Shown here piece after piece: positions 1 through 13,317 of a stretch of DNA of 64,000 nucleotides. Numbering within the stretch: position 1 is the stretch's first letter; every line of letters begins with the position of its first letter. The position numbers and the translations under genes were made by a program. The notes under the pieces were generated by a model. That model saw only the letters and a list, made by a program, of their open reading frames with translations. It made no database searches and had not been told where the DNA came from. Where the stretch lies: the NCBI GenBank assembly GCA_000165425.1, contig CT868418.1:62001-126000 (forward strand). The letters are read 5' to 3'. The stretch is from Paramecium tetraurelia (taxonomy: Eukaryota).

Positions 1-378
1 GGGACATAATAAATAGTTAATCACTTTAATAAATAAATATATTGCAAAGAAAAGATTATCTCAAATTAAGGCCAAAAAAGCTGAATAAAAGAATCTTAAA
101 CATTCGATGTAATCAAAACAATGGATAAAACCTTAAAAATAATTCAGCTCCTTTATTAATGGTTTCTTAATTGAACTCGCCAACAATTCTCCAAAAGAGC
201 TCTGCAAACAATAGTTTTATAAAAATAATTGAAGCTTAAGCTATTATTACCATACAATTTTTATCTACTAAGAAGTTTATTGATTTCTCTTTAAGAATAT
301 TACCTGTATTTTTTAAAATCTTTCGATTAAGCACAATTCCAAATATTATAATTTTTATTCTAGTAAAATATGATTTGA

Positions 379-1926
379 TCAAAATTATTATAGTAGTCTA
401 ACAAAATTTTCTTTATTAATTATCCCTTATTAATCAGAATCACATTTTTTGAGCACTTCTTCCCAATGAGTTTAATCTATTATAATTCCTCCAAAAACAT
501 CCTCTAGGTTTTCCTTTTTGACGAATCCATCGTTATCTAAATCAAATTATTTAAATGCCTGTTCCAACTTATTTGTTTTTTCTGACAATTCCTATCTTAT
601 CATTATGCTCAGAAATGCGTTGTACTCAATAGATCCAGTTTTATTAAAGTCACATTATTCCATTATTTTATCTATTTATTTCTCAATCTGAATTTCATCT
701 AGTTTCAATTCTTTTAAACCAAAGATCAAATCCTCTCTATTTATTCTACCATCTCCATCCTTATCTAATGATTGGAAATTCCCTAGAATCTTTATCTTGT
801 CTTCAGGTGTTAAAACCTAAAAAGTTATATATTATTGAATTAATTCTTATATAACATTAGATTACTAAAAATAGATTTCAATTAATTACATCAAACTTTT
901 ATAAACTATTAAGGGCTTTTGAATCTATTGTATTATTTATATGTTCCTATAGCCAAGGATCTAGATATGCTTCTTCTGCTGATATTCGTTTATCTGGATT
1001 ATATGTCATAAGTTTCTTAACAAACTTCTTGGCTTCTGGAGAAATTTGAGCCCAATCATTTTTATCAAAACTCCATTTATCATATTCTATCAATAGTTGT
1101 GTTTGTCTAGCATCGCTACCATTGAAGGGGAGATACCCACATAATAAAGTATAGAGGATAACTCCACAAGACCAAATGTCACACTTTTCTGTGTATTGTT
1201 ATTTAAAAACTTCTGGGGCGGTGTAATGAGGCTAGAAACTAATAAGATTGCATTATTACCGTCCCTAACTTAGATGTAAGGTATTTTTCTTGGATAATCT
1301 TACGAGATGTACCAAAGTCTATAACCTTTAGAACTGGTTTTTCTGATACTATATTTAGCATTAGATTTTCTAATTTTAGATCACGGTGAACTATCTTGGC
1401 TTTATGACAGTATTACAAGGCAGATATGAGTTATCTCATGTAATAAGCAGCTTCCGCTTCAGAAAATGTTTTTTGTGCTTGTATTTTTTATATAAGTGAA
1501 CCTCCTTAAATTAATCTAAAAATCTAGAAAAGCCAAATACTCAATAATTAAATAATAGTTTTTTGCATCTTCAAATAGTTCAAAAAGTCTAACTATATTT
1601 GGATGATCTAATTTACGAAGAATGTTGACTTCTGCAAACATTTTTTCCTTTTCTTCATTGATTATCTTTTTTTTGGCCAATGTTTTTAAGGCCCTTACCT
1701 ATCCACTTTGCTTTTGAGTAGCTTTCATAACTTGTCCAAATGCTCCAACTCCAAGAACATCACCAAATGTATAAAAATTCTCTATCTAGCCATTTTTTAA
1801 GTTTATGTAAAGATCAGTTCCATATTTAAAACTGTTACCAGTGTGCCTTCGACCAGGACTACTTGGCCAGTGCTTCAGCTTCAAGGCCAAATCATCCTTC
1901 TATTTTTTAGATGAACATATTCCCAT
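379..1926 (-). CDS. CDPK: Calcium-dependent protein kinase (kinase + 4 EF-hands), N-myristoylation-type start
   Basis: Code-6 translation: MGICSSKK start; [19 protein letters not shown] kinase motifs; EF-hand loops [36 protein letters not shown]; short GT-AG introns; TGA at 379-381. Confidence 0.92.
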
Positions 1927-1959
1927 TTTGTAAAATTAAAATATAATATTGAATATTAA

Positions 1960-3955
1960 TCATTTTTGTTGATTTTTACGCTAAGTTTTTCTAAGTGTTG
2001 AATCTAATTCTTTTTTTCTAATTCTGAGATCTTTTGGAGTTACTTCGACTAATTCATCATCTCTAATGTAGGCTATGACATCCTCAAGAGTAAATGTTTT
2101 GGGAGGGAATAAACTTATCTTTTCATCAGCTAAAACTGTTCTAACATTCGTTAATTTCTTTTCTCTTATGGGATTCACTTCAATGTCTTATTCTAATTTG
2201 TGTTCTCCAATAACTTAACCAACATAAACCTTTGATCCTGGTTTGACAAATAATGGTCCAAACTTTTGGATATCTTCAAGAGCATAGCCTTAGCAAGCAC
2301 CTGCAGCCATAGAAATGATGGCTCCCTTTAAATTCTTTTTCAAAGTTCCTCTATATTCTTAATAACCTAAGAATTATTATTGCATAATGGCTGTTCCTCT
2401 AGTGTCATTAATTAACTCTGCTCTTAGACCGACTAGACCTCTAGTTGGTGCTGAGAATATTAATTTAACTCTAGATTTATCGATATTTATGCAATCTTCA
2501 TAAATAGCTTTCCTTTAGGACATTTTATCAATTAAACCAGTCATGTATTGTTAATCAATTTCAATAGATACTTTTTCGATTGGTTCCAAAGTTTTGCCGG
2601 TCTGTGGACATTTCTTAGTAACGATTTATGGTGGTGAAACTTACATTTCAAATCCCTCCCTTCTCATATTCTCAAGCAAAATAGCAAGGTGGAGATCTCC
2701 TCTTCCTAACAATTATACACAAGCACTATCGTCTGATTTATCTTTAACCATCACTTATAGTGCAACATCGCTTTATCCTTCTCTCATTAATCTATCTTTA
2801 ATCTATTAAGCATTTAATTTTGTTCCTTCTTTTCCTGCTAAAGGACCAGTATTCACACCAATTGATACTGAAATCATAGGAGGATCAATAGGGATGGATG
2901 GAATCACTTCATTTTTTCCCATTTCATTTAAAGTATTAGTTACGATTGCATTAGTAAATCCTGCAACTTAGACAATATCTCCAGCAACAGCTCTTGCCAT
3001 TTCTAATTGTTGCATTCCATATCTTCTTAAAATTTTCAAGACTTTTGCAGTTTCAACTAACTTTCCTTATTGGTCAACTGCTAAAACTTTATCGTTGAGT
3101 TTGATCTCTCCCTGATGAATTTTTCCTATCACAATTTTACCATAATATGGATGACTTTCTTATTATGATACCAACATTTTGAAATTGCTTTCAGTGCCAA
3201 TTTATGGTGATGGGATAGTTTCAACAATAGTTTCCAATACATCTTCTAATCCTTGCTTTTCAGCTTCCATGGACCCTTTTCTGACCCATCCTTCTTTGCC
3301 TGAACAAAAATACAAAGGATAGTCAAGAGATTCGCTTGGAGCATCTAAATCACAAAACAAGTTAAAGATTTCATGCTCAACTTCTACAGGTCTAGCTGTT
3401 GGTCTATCTACTTTATTAATGATGACAATTGGTTTCAAATTTGATTGCAAGGCTTTCTATAAGACAAATCTAGTTTAAGCCATTGGTCCTTCGGTTGCAC
3501 AAACCAATAAACAAACACCATCAACCATTGACATAATTCTCTCTACTTCTCCTCCGAAATCTTGATGGCCTGGTGTATCCACAATATTTATTTTGCTTCC
3601 TCCAAAAGTAACACCGGTCACCTTCGATAAAATAGTAATTCCTTTCTCTTTTTCTAATGCATTGCTGTCCATTGAATCATATTCATTTGCACAACCACTT
3701 GCTCTTAATAAAGCATCTACAAGAGTCTTTATCAAATATGATCAAATATTTACTGTTTTTCCATGGTCAACATGGGCTATGATGGCCACATTTCTAAAAA
3801 TGTCTCTTGATTCTGAATGCAAGATTTTTAATATTTCCTATAGATCTCTCAAATAATATTAGTACATCTTTAGGAGCAACTTCGACTGCACCTGAAAACT
3901 ATCTTACAGAGACTCTATGGAAAATTGAACTAATCTATCTCAGTGTTCTGAGCAT
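1960..3955 (-). CDS. typA/bipA: TypA/BipA translational GTPase, probable mitochondrial targeting peptide
   Basis: [21 protein letters not shown] (joined across a 27-nt intron), [29 protein letters not shown] and C-terminal [21 protein letters not shown]-terminus [21 protein letters not shown] is Arg/Ser-rich with no acidic residues. Confidence 0.93.
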
Positions 3956-4293
3956 TAATTTTAGCACCACTAATAAATTTATTTTGCTTATCAATCATAA
4001 TTCTTGAGATGATATATATGTATATATTGCATTATATAAATTATTTAATCATTTAACAGAAAGTATGCTTTGGAAACACTTATCAAAGAGATCTATTTCA
4101 CCACAGAATAAGGAAAACTTAAATCAACAGGTTGTACATATTTTGTTATCAAAGAGGTTATAACTAGAAGGAGGGATAGCAAGATTTCAAATCGATATCA
4201 TGACAACTCTTCTTAACTCAAAATCATCGAAAACTATTAAATACTAAAATAACCAAAAGCAAATACATTGGATCCCCTTTTTGATGTAACTCT

Positions 4294-5417
4294 ATGAAAT
4301 GCAATTCATAAGATTTAACATTAAAACTATTCAAAGAATCAATTATTGACAGAACAGTAGCATTTAAAGAAATATATATGGTTGGTAAATAAATTGGTAC
4401 TGGCTCCTATGCTAGTGTTAGATTATGTGCAGATAAATTAACACTCAAATCTTATGCTCTTAAAATTTACAATAAATCTGCCATCTCTTCAAGTCGTTAA
4501 AAGTCCATATTTCGTGAAATTCGTATACTTCAAATGATCAAACATTCAAATATCATTTAAATTTATAATGTAATCGAAACCAATAATCATATCAATTTAC
4601 TCATAGAATATATTGATGGAAAATAATTAAATAGTTTAAAAGGATATAATTTAAAATAAGTTTTATACTAAATGGCATCAGCACTAAATTATTTACATGC
4701 TAGAAACATTACTCATAGAGATGTCAAAATTGAAAACATTCTTTATTCGGATGGATAAGTTAAATTAATTGATTTTGTTTTTTCTACTCTGTTTTCTAAT
4801 TCAATCAAAAAGAAGATCTATTGTGGAACTCCTAGTTATATGGCTCCAGAAATTGTAAATAAATAATATTACAGTGGGCCCCCTGCTGATATTTGGGCTT
4901 TTGGAATTGTGATCTTTTATTTAACTCAAGGTTAGTTCCCATTCAAAGGTTCAAATGATAAAGAATTATTTCAGTTAATAATTTAATGCAAAATTAACTT
5001 TAATTCTATTAACGATCACTACTTACAAGATCTATTATGCTAAATGTTATAATTTGATCCTTAAGATCGCATCTCTGCAGCTAAGTAAATTTACTTTGTA
5101 TTTAGATCCTTTTGCACCCTTGGTTTCTAGATTATAAAAAGCCAATTAGTAAATCTCAAAAATCTGGCTGTACTAAAATTAATTTACCCAAATAAATCAA
5201 CCCTTATCAATAATATTAATCTACAGTTAAGAAAGCTGATAAAGCCTCAATAGAATATCAATTAGATCATTCCTAAATCAGAAAGGGCATAGTTTAATCA
5301 TATATGAGTTCTGTAGCATCTACCAAATCGCCAATACTTCGAAGAAGAGATTCAGGCAATCAAACATTTGATAAAGGCAGTAATTCCGCACTTCATTTGT
5401 TTAAATACTGTTAATGA
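4294..5417 (+). CDS. CAMK/MARK-like Ser/Thr kinase with DFG changed to DFV; 5' end unresolved (upstream ATG at 4065 is out of frame)
   Basis: IGTGSYASV, YALK, HRDVKIEN, DFVFST, YCGTPSYMAPE, DIWAFG motifs; 21-nt intron near 5085; TGA 5415-5417. Confidence 0.75.
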
Positions 5418-5481
5418 AATCAAAAATTGATCTAACTTCTAAATATTAATAATACGAAAATGATAGTATTAATTAGTATAA

Positions 5482-7641
5482 ATGAATAAAATTTCTTTCA
5501 AGTCAAAATTTATAATATTAATACAACCAACTTTAATTAAGAAGAAAGACAAAGCATCCATTTCTGAAAAACAATCTTGTAATTATATTAGATTTAAAAA
5601 GAAAGATGAAACTCTAATCTAATAAATTTTAGTGTTTAGACAGGATCAAAAACTGTAAATTTTATTTCATTTAAGAGAATTCATATTGGATTAATAGGAT
5701 TGATGTTTATTTATATGCAGTACTCTATTTATTCTAAATTTCTGAAGGATAAAAAAGGTTAAAATGAATTTCAAAGATTAATATGATTAAATATTTATAG
5801 TTATACCTTTTTAATTTGGTATATAAATAAAATTTAATAGAAAGATGTTAATAATCAATATATTGAATCTCTTATTATATATATGCTATGTTTAAATATA
5901 CATAAGTTATTTTATCGATAATACAATGAGTTTTTATAAGATAATTAAATCTATTTACTTTAAATGAAGTATTCTAATATTAATACAGTTAGATTAGATA
6001 AGTGAACAAATGAAGAATTTTCAAAAACCCAAGTAGAATTCATAAAATAAAAAATAAATTAATAAAAATTTAATTTAGTCACCTCGAAAAGGTTTTATAA
6101 GAAAGAATGTCTAGCCATTTATTAGATTGGATTAAATTAAACAGAATTTAATAAATTTTATATTTTCTGAGAAGTTGAATTGCAAAATATTTTGGTATAA
6201 ATTCATAAAAGAAAATAAATCAAAAAATAAATACCCATAATAAGAGCAGCTCTAATTAATGCCCTGTAATATTCAAAATTATTTTAAAAATAGCCTAAAA
6301 TTGCGATTCTTCTCAATGCCAAGAAATTACAGTTTACAGAAGACTAACTCAAATTAAAGAGGAATTCTTATCGCAGCCTTCTAAATCAAGCAACGTTACT
6401 AGAATATTTAATTGGTTATTCCTCTTCAAAGTAGAATTCATTATTGAAAATAAAGAATGCCATTATAAAAATGATTATATAATAATTATGTCATAAAGTG
6501 ATGAGAATGATTAATTCCAACAAATTTTAAATTCACTTGAGATCAGCAAGCGAAAGATGAGTATTTCTGTTCATCAGTCCAAACTATTGGAAGAATCAAA
6601 AAGTTACATATTCACTTTATAAATTTCTTAGAATAATAAAGCAAACGATTTACTATGGAGCTCCCTAAAAATATTGAGGCCTCTCAATCTCAAAAAGAAA
6701 GAATCATCACTAATCATCTTTTAAAAGATTTAGCCCCCCTTGACAAATAGAATGAAGAAAATCTGAAAACTCCTAAAGTACCACCAACAAATAAAATAAA
6801 AACCATTAAAAAAGGAATTTTATTATTAGGCTAAAAGTTTCATAAAGATTTGAGCTTCTATTTAAAAACAATGGAACCTTTAGATTTTTAAGAATTGTAA
6901 TAATCAAATGAATTGTTAATATAAAATGCTTTATGCGCTGGTAAATATGTAAATGATTATGGGTTATTTTGTGTGTTAAAAGAAGCTTTGAACAAAAAAA
7001 ATATCAAAACAATCATATAATAAGATTGTATTGTAGATGAAGATGGCAATTTTGCAGGAATACCATAAAATACAAAAAATCTTAGAAAGACATTGGGTTT
7101 ACAGGAACTTCATTATTGCAGTGGAAAAATTTCATTATTAAAATTTCATATAAATAATAGGTTTAATTTATCTAATTACATTTTTTGGTCAAAAGAACTT
7201 GAGAAATTGGAAACTGTAATAAAAGATAGCCTTTTGAGTTAAAATTAGTAGATATTAATGATAAGAATAGATGAAACATATTTAGAATTTACTATTCCTG
7301 ATTTTGATGATAATCAATCTCCATAATTTATGTCAAAATTAAGGTAACAAAATTTAGATGTCTAAGTGTTACCATTAATTACTCATTTCACATTTAGATT
7401 GTCTGACTTAAATCCATGGATGAATAAAGAGATAAACAAAGAATGGAAATTATTTTCGGTTCAGTGTGATCAATAATAATGCATTGGATATATTGATATG
7501 AATTAACCTACTATTTTTAATGAAATTCCTAGTCCAAAAACTTTGGCCATCAAACTTTATGGCGAAATACATCAATATTAACTAGTTTTATAGATGAGTG
7601 AAAAATAAGTAATGGGAATTTTACTAAGAGACAAAGCTTGA
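5482..7641 (+). CDS. Hypothetical protein, 5' exon structure uncertain
   Basis: About 330 uninterrupted code-6 codons from ~6630 to TGA 7639-7641; the 5' part contains intron-like GT-AG segments but I could not splice it unambiguously. Confidence 0.5.
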
Positions 7642-7743
7642 TTTTTAGACTCTTTAACAAGTTGATTATTTTTATATTAATTTAAAATAAATAACAAAAT
7701 GGAGTATTTAATATTATATATAGGTCAATATTAATTAATTAAT

Positions 7744-8497
7744 TCATTTAATCGATTTCTAGAGTGTTATTCGATTATTGTAATCCATAAAATTTTCTTT
7801 AAAATCTTATCTAGCAGATTGATCAATATCATTCATTAACTGAGTGATATTTTCCCTTGAACTTCGATGAACAGATTTGCGAGCTAAGATTCTGTTTTTG
7901 ATTTCATCTATTTGCATTTATGTTTTACTCGGAGGAGCCACTTGTAATCTTAATTAAGCAATTATTTAATCTTTTTAGTCTATTTCTTATTAGATTAATT
8001 ATTTTTCTTCATTTATCAATTCAAAGGCCTGATTAAATTCTTCTGATTATTTTTCTAATTGATCTCTTAATTATTCGAAATCTTGAATCAGTAACTAATT
8101 TTAATGTTTACTCTATTGTAATTCTAATTGTAATTTTCTTATTTATTCTATAAAATATTATTAATAGTGTACATTTTAACTATTTATTCTCTTCTCTTTA
8201 ATCGACATCGTCATAGGAAATATTTTAAGGAGTGTATGATCCCAAATCTTATCGTACTACTTATTAGCTTCTATTAATAAATTATTATCTTGTTAATCTA
8301 TCTTCTTCTACTGATTTATTCTTTTATGAGTGATTTATTTATTTTTGAAGTATTTATTGTAGCCTTTGACCAGGATTATGATTTTTATTTTATTAATACA
8401 TCTCCAAATATGATGAATCTAAAGTATTGTCATCTTTTAAGATGAATTTAGGCTGACCAATAGTTTTCTTAGACATAGATGACTTGCGAGGGATCAT
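7744..8497 (-). CDS. Hypothetical coiled-coil protein
   Basis: MIPRKSSMSKK start; Q/E/K-rich heptad-like sequence; ends ...NRITLQKSIK*. Confidence 0.65.
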
Positions 8498-8542
8498 AAA
8501 TTTAAAATATTTCTAATTATTTTAACGTTATATATTAATTTA

Positions 8543-8951
8543 TCATAATGTTTTTAGGAGTGTATTTGAAAATGCACATATTCCAAATGTTCCAGGTAAT
8601 ACATATGCAAAAAATCTTTCACTTCTTAAGATATTGAAATTAAAGAATAGTACCCAATAACAAACTAACCACAAAATAGTCAATTGTCCAAAAAACTTTG
8701 ATCTTCATATAATAAGATATTCTATACCCAAATAAATACATTAAGGAACTCAAAATCCCTAAAATAGAGATAGCTTCTCTAATAAAATCAATTCTATTCA
8801 ATATTTATAATAATGGGTTAAATAATCTTGCATTTTCTCTTGACATTCTCTCAAATCTTTCTTATGACCAAGGATCAAATAATAGCTAAATACAGATTGT
8901 TTACACTGTTGTAAATATTAATAATTGAATGAGAAGGTGCTATATTTTCAT
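8543..8951 (-). CDS. Small multi-pass membrane protein (~127 aa)
   Basis: MKIQHLLIQLLIFTTVQ start; removing a 25-nt intron gives 128 codons with several hydrophobic segments. Confidence 0.65.
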
Positions 8952-9024
8952 AAAATAAAATTAATATATATATATCCCCAATAATATAAATAAATAAAAA
9001 ATAAAGAAATAGTAATTTTTACTA

Positions 9025-9843
9025 TCAAAATGTATCTTCCACAACCCAAATATCATGGCCAGGCTATTAAGTTACACAAACTTCCATATGACCTTTAAGT
9101 ACAGCTTTATTTTTGGTACCAGATAAATAGGTGTTGGTTTGAGCATGTTTAATTCCTTATTAAAGATAAATTCAAATTCTTACTAATTAGATTATTGCTA
9201 TGCAATTTGTTAATTTATTTAGAATCATTAATAATCTCTATTATCCAATAATCATCCTCTGTTAAATCTTAAATTATATCAACGCAGGAAACTTGTTGTA
9301 ATTTTGATTTAGTTAAGATGTTATTGCTAGATCTGAGGATGCATTTGGTGATCTTGTGTTGAATCTTAAAATATAAAATTTAAATACTGCCACTACATCA
9401 CCATCTTTAACAGGTTCATAATGATTAGTTAAAATTAACCATTCATCATAATCGTTCTTTTCAATTTCATTGCATAAACTTACTTCATGTTGTTTTAAGC
9501 CTTTGTCTTGCTTAATAGCATGAGAATGCAATTTTCTACCATTACTAATATTGATGAATTGAACTGATATTCCTGATGTAATGGCACTGCCTAATGGTTT
9601 CACTTTAGATACTGCATTGGCTAGAGTTGATCTTTTAACTTAGTTTTCTTCCATTATTGTATATATGGAGTATAAAGAGGACTATTATAAATATGACTCC
9701 TCTTCTAGTATGACACAATCCGTAATGTTCGGATTTAACAGTTTAGAACTGTATGTTCTATTCATTGGCTAAATTGTGGGTTTTTAAGAGTTTCTTTATA
9801 TGCTTCTTTGTTCATCGCCTTCTTTTGTAACACACTAACCCAT
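9025..9843 (-). CDS. MIR-domain (SDF2/POMT-like beta-trefoil) protein with N-terminal MGQC acylation motif
   Basis: Three MIR-like repeats: FINISNGRKLHSH...QHEVS...DEWLI; FQHKITKCILRS...QQVSC...DDYWII; FKHAQTNTYLS...HMEVC...DIWVVE. Confidence 0.75.
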
Positions 9844-9975
9844 TTTGATTAATATAATATAGAATTAAATTATTAAATAAATACAAAAATTTGTATCTCT
9901 AAACTTTGGGTTTCCGAATAAGAATGTTGTTAATTTTGGTTTAAAATTTGATAATTAAATTGTATATTAAATTTA

Positions 9976-10889
9976 ATGTTCGGATTAAGATTATCTGAGA
10001 ATATTGCAGTTGTTTAGGAAGATTAATAACATGAAGTGTTAGACATAAAAGGCAAAGAAGTCATAACTTATAAGGATTTCATTATAGTGGGATGTTTGGA
10101 TAAGACAGTCAAAGTTTATAAAAACCTTTAGTTGACTTTCACTCTTAAGCTTCTTAAAAAGGTGAAGAGAATCACAGTCAATGAAAGCAATGATAGTGTT
10201 TATGTTTGTGATAAACATGGAGATATGTGGTCATTTCAATTAGGATAGGAAGGAATATAATCAATTACGAAAGAAATGACACCAATATAAACTAATCTAG
10301 CTATTCCTAAATGCTTTAAGTATCTAGAAATTAATGATCAAAAAGTCATTATTTTAGGAGATTCATATTGTAAAATTAAAGTTTATAATGCTAATAATAT
10401 TGATGAATTACTCTGGGTTTGGATTCCATTTGAAGGTTTCTTAAAACAAATAATTTAAGATGGTGAATATATTCTTATGCTTTTTAAAAGATTTGATGAA
10501 CATGTAAATAAAATTATTTATTCTTTCATTAGGAAAATTAATATTATCAAGTTTATTAAATTAAATAAACAGAATTATTAAAATAATAACCAAACTTTGA
10601 ATAAATATTTGATGATTAAGATCTAAGTAAATAAGTTATTAAAGCTCATTTAATAAGTAAATCATTGTTGGCATTCTAATTTAATTTCAATAAACTTACC
10701 ATTTATAAAATAGATTAAAATAAATAATTATAGATATTCAAAGAAACTTTGGGATATTTAATTGATGTTTAATTCTCAAAACATAGTAACAACCATTGTT
10801 TATCAATTAAGAGTACTCAACAAAATCAAGAAAATAATATAATTATTCTAGATCATCAGCTACATTTTATAGATCACGATATCATTTGA
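9976..10889 (+). CDS. WD40 protein resembling the tRNA m7G46 methyltransferase non-catalytic subunit Trm82/WDR4
   Basis: VGCLDKTVKVY, VYVCDKHGDMWSF (cf. ADKxGDVYSF of WDR4/Trm82), ILGDSYCKIKVY; 3' splicing approximate. Confidence 0.6.
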
Positions 10890-11044
10890 AAATACAAATT
10901 TATACATATTATTAATATTAATTAATTCATCTCTTTACATTAGAAATAATCATTGTTTATTATACAAGAAAACAATTAATAAATATTTATTTTAATTACT
11001 TCTAACATAATAATCAGATTGTATTATTATAATTATTAATTTAT

Positions 11045-13255
11045 ATGTAAAAGGATAAGGAAGATTCTTCTTAAAATGTTAATGTAAATTCACCTTAACA
11101 AGCTTTTACATTATAAAAAGAGAATGGTAATATAGAAGGAGTATTGTACGATATTTAAATTGATATTCCTTAAAAAGATAAAACCTAATTGGATGAATAA
11201 GCAGAATTTAAAAACATCAAGATATTTAATGAATATAAAGAATTGTTCAAATTCTTAGAGTCTTTGAAAAGCGAAATTGAAGTCTGTTAATGGAAAAAAA
11301 AGCATGAAAATAATCATTAACCTTCTGAAAAAAAGGCATTTTCTGATTATTCAATATCCGCATCTAAAAATGATGACGGCAAATCGATCTCTATGTAAAT
11401 GAATATAATGACGAGTTAATATGAAATAATTCTTATTTAAGGTATTTAATTTATTTAAATAAGACTAAACATTTACTATTAATAATATTTGCTTAGATTT
11501 AAATCGTAATTTTAAAATAGGATCTTTTGTGTATTTAGATTAAACAAACTAGATTATTTATGAGATTAAACAATTTTAACTCAAAAATAAAGATTAGATT
11601 AGGTGCATTATAGATGATGCGATCAAGAATTTTGAAAAAATGATTAAATAATACATATACCCACTTGTATTCAAGATTAAAAAAATTAAATCCACATTTT
11701 TTTCTGAACTAAAGTCGGAAAAAAGGGCAGATAATACCTTAAATGAAAAAGTAGACACTGTATATGACTCTTCAAATTTTAGTAAGTAATAAATAATCGG
11801 TGAGAAATCTATTGAGGAATTCAAAAATTCAGATTATTTAACAAATGAGGAGAAAAAAGAATCTTCAAATAACTTAGAGGAGCTAAAATAAAAAAAATCA
11901 AAAATAAGAATAAATTTCAAAAATTGTTAAACCCCAAAAAACTTAAAAAAAATAGAAAAGAAGGATAGAATATTTCAAATATGAAATTCCTCAATTAAAT
12001 GAAACTAATTTGATAGATTAAGGCGGATCNNNNNNNNNNNNNNNNNNNNNNNNNNNNNNNNNNNNNNNNNNNNNNNNNNNNNNNNNNNNNNNNNNNNNNN
12101 NNNNNNNNNNNNNNNNNNNNNNNNNNNNNNNNNNNNNNNNNNNNNNNNNNNNNNNNNNNNNNNNNNNNNNNNNNNNNNNNNNNNNNNNNNNNNNNNNNNN
12201 NNNNNNNNNNNNNNNNNNNNNNNNNNNNNNNNNNNNNNNNNNNNNNNNNNNNNNNNNNNNNNNNNNNNNNNNNNNNNNNNNNNNNNNNNNNNNNNNNNNN
12301 NNNNNNNNNNNNNNNNNNNNNNNNNNNNNNNNNNNNNNNNNNNNNNNNNNNNNNNNNNNNNNNNNNNNNNNNNNNNNNNNNNNNNNNNNNNNNNNNNNNN
12401 NNNNNNNNNNNNNNNNNNNNNNNNNNNNNNNNNNNNNNNNNNNNNNNNNNNNNNNNNNNNNNNNNNNNNNNNNNNNNNNNNNNNNNNNNNNNNNNNNNNN
12501 NNNNNNNNNNNNNNNNNNNNNNNNNNNNNNNNNNNNNNNNNNNNNNNNNNNNNNNNNNNNNNNNNNNNNNNNNNNNNNNNNNNNNNNNNNNNNNNNNNNN
12601 NNTATTATCATTTCAAAAGTTTAAGAGAGTATTTACAAAAATATAAAAATGTCATGTCATTAAAAAGAAAAATTAAAATATTAGTATAAATAGTATAGGG
12701 TATCTAACATTTACATAAAAAGAATATTTTACATTTAGACATAAAGCCTGATAATGTTTTGGTATATATAATTCTTAAATTTCTAGATAAGTAAAAAAGG
12801 TAATGTTAAAATTTGTGATTTTGGAGAAGCTCATCACCCTTTATATCCATTTTAAAGAGAGGGTATTAAATACTCGGTGCCCTTTACTGCACCAGAAATT
12901 TTAAGAAATAATGAAGTAACAAATAAAGCAGATGTATTTTCATTTGGTGTGCTGGCTTACGAATTATTATTTGGAAAATTGCCAATAGTATACAATTCAT
13001 ATCATCAAATAGGCTTATATGTCTAAGAAGGATTACATAGCTTAATTTAAGGTTTCTAACTTTAATGTCGAATCAGATTACAGAATTTTTTCAGGCCCTA
13101 GAAAAATAGAATAGGATATGCTATATATAATTTTGCATTGTAAGATTACTTATATTCTAGGCCTTTGTCCAAATAAAGATGATAGATTTGATATCAATAC
13201 AATTTATGAAAATTTAAAAAATCAAAATCTTAAAATTAAGAATTATTAGATTTGA
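11045..13255 (+). CDS. Protein kinase interrupted by an assembly gap; long low-complexity N-terminus (start uncertain)
   Basis: After the gap: HLDIKPDNVL, KICDFGEA, YSVPFTAPEIL, ADVFSFG; TGA 13253-13255. Linkage across the gap is assumed. Confidence 0.6.
12030..12602. other. Assembly gap (N run)
   Basis: Continuous n characters. Confidence 1.
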
Positions 13256-13317
13256 CAAAATAATTAGAGCATTTTAAAATATTTTAATATATTGCGGAAA
13301 TTCAAATTAATATAATT

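Noticed and set aside
2594..4007. Plus-strand ORFs overlapping BipA (similar cases at 51377, 54609, 31078, 49667)
   Set aside because: Antisense shadows of recognisable genes on the other strand.
12018..12611. 197-aa ORF in the supplied track
   Set aside because: Artifact of the N gap (poly-X).
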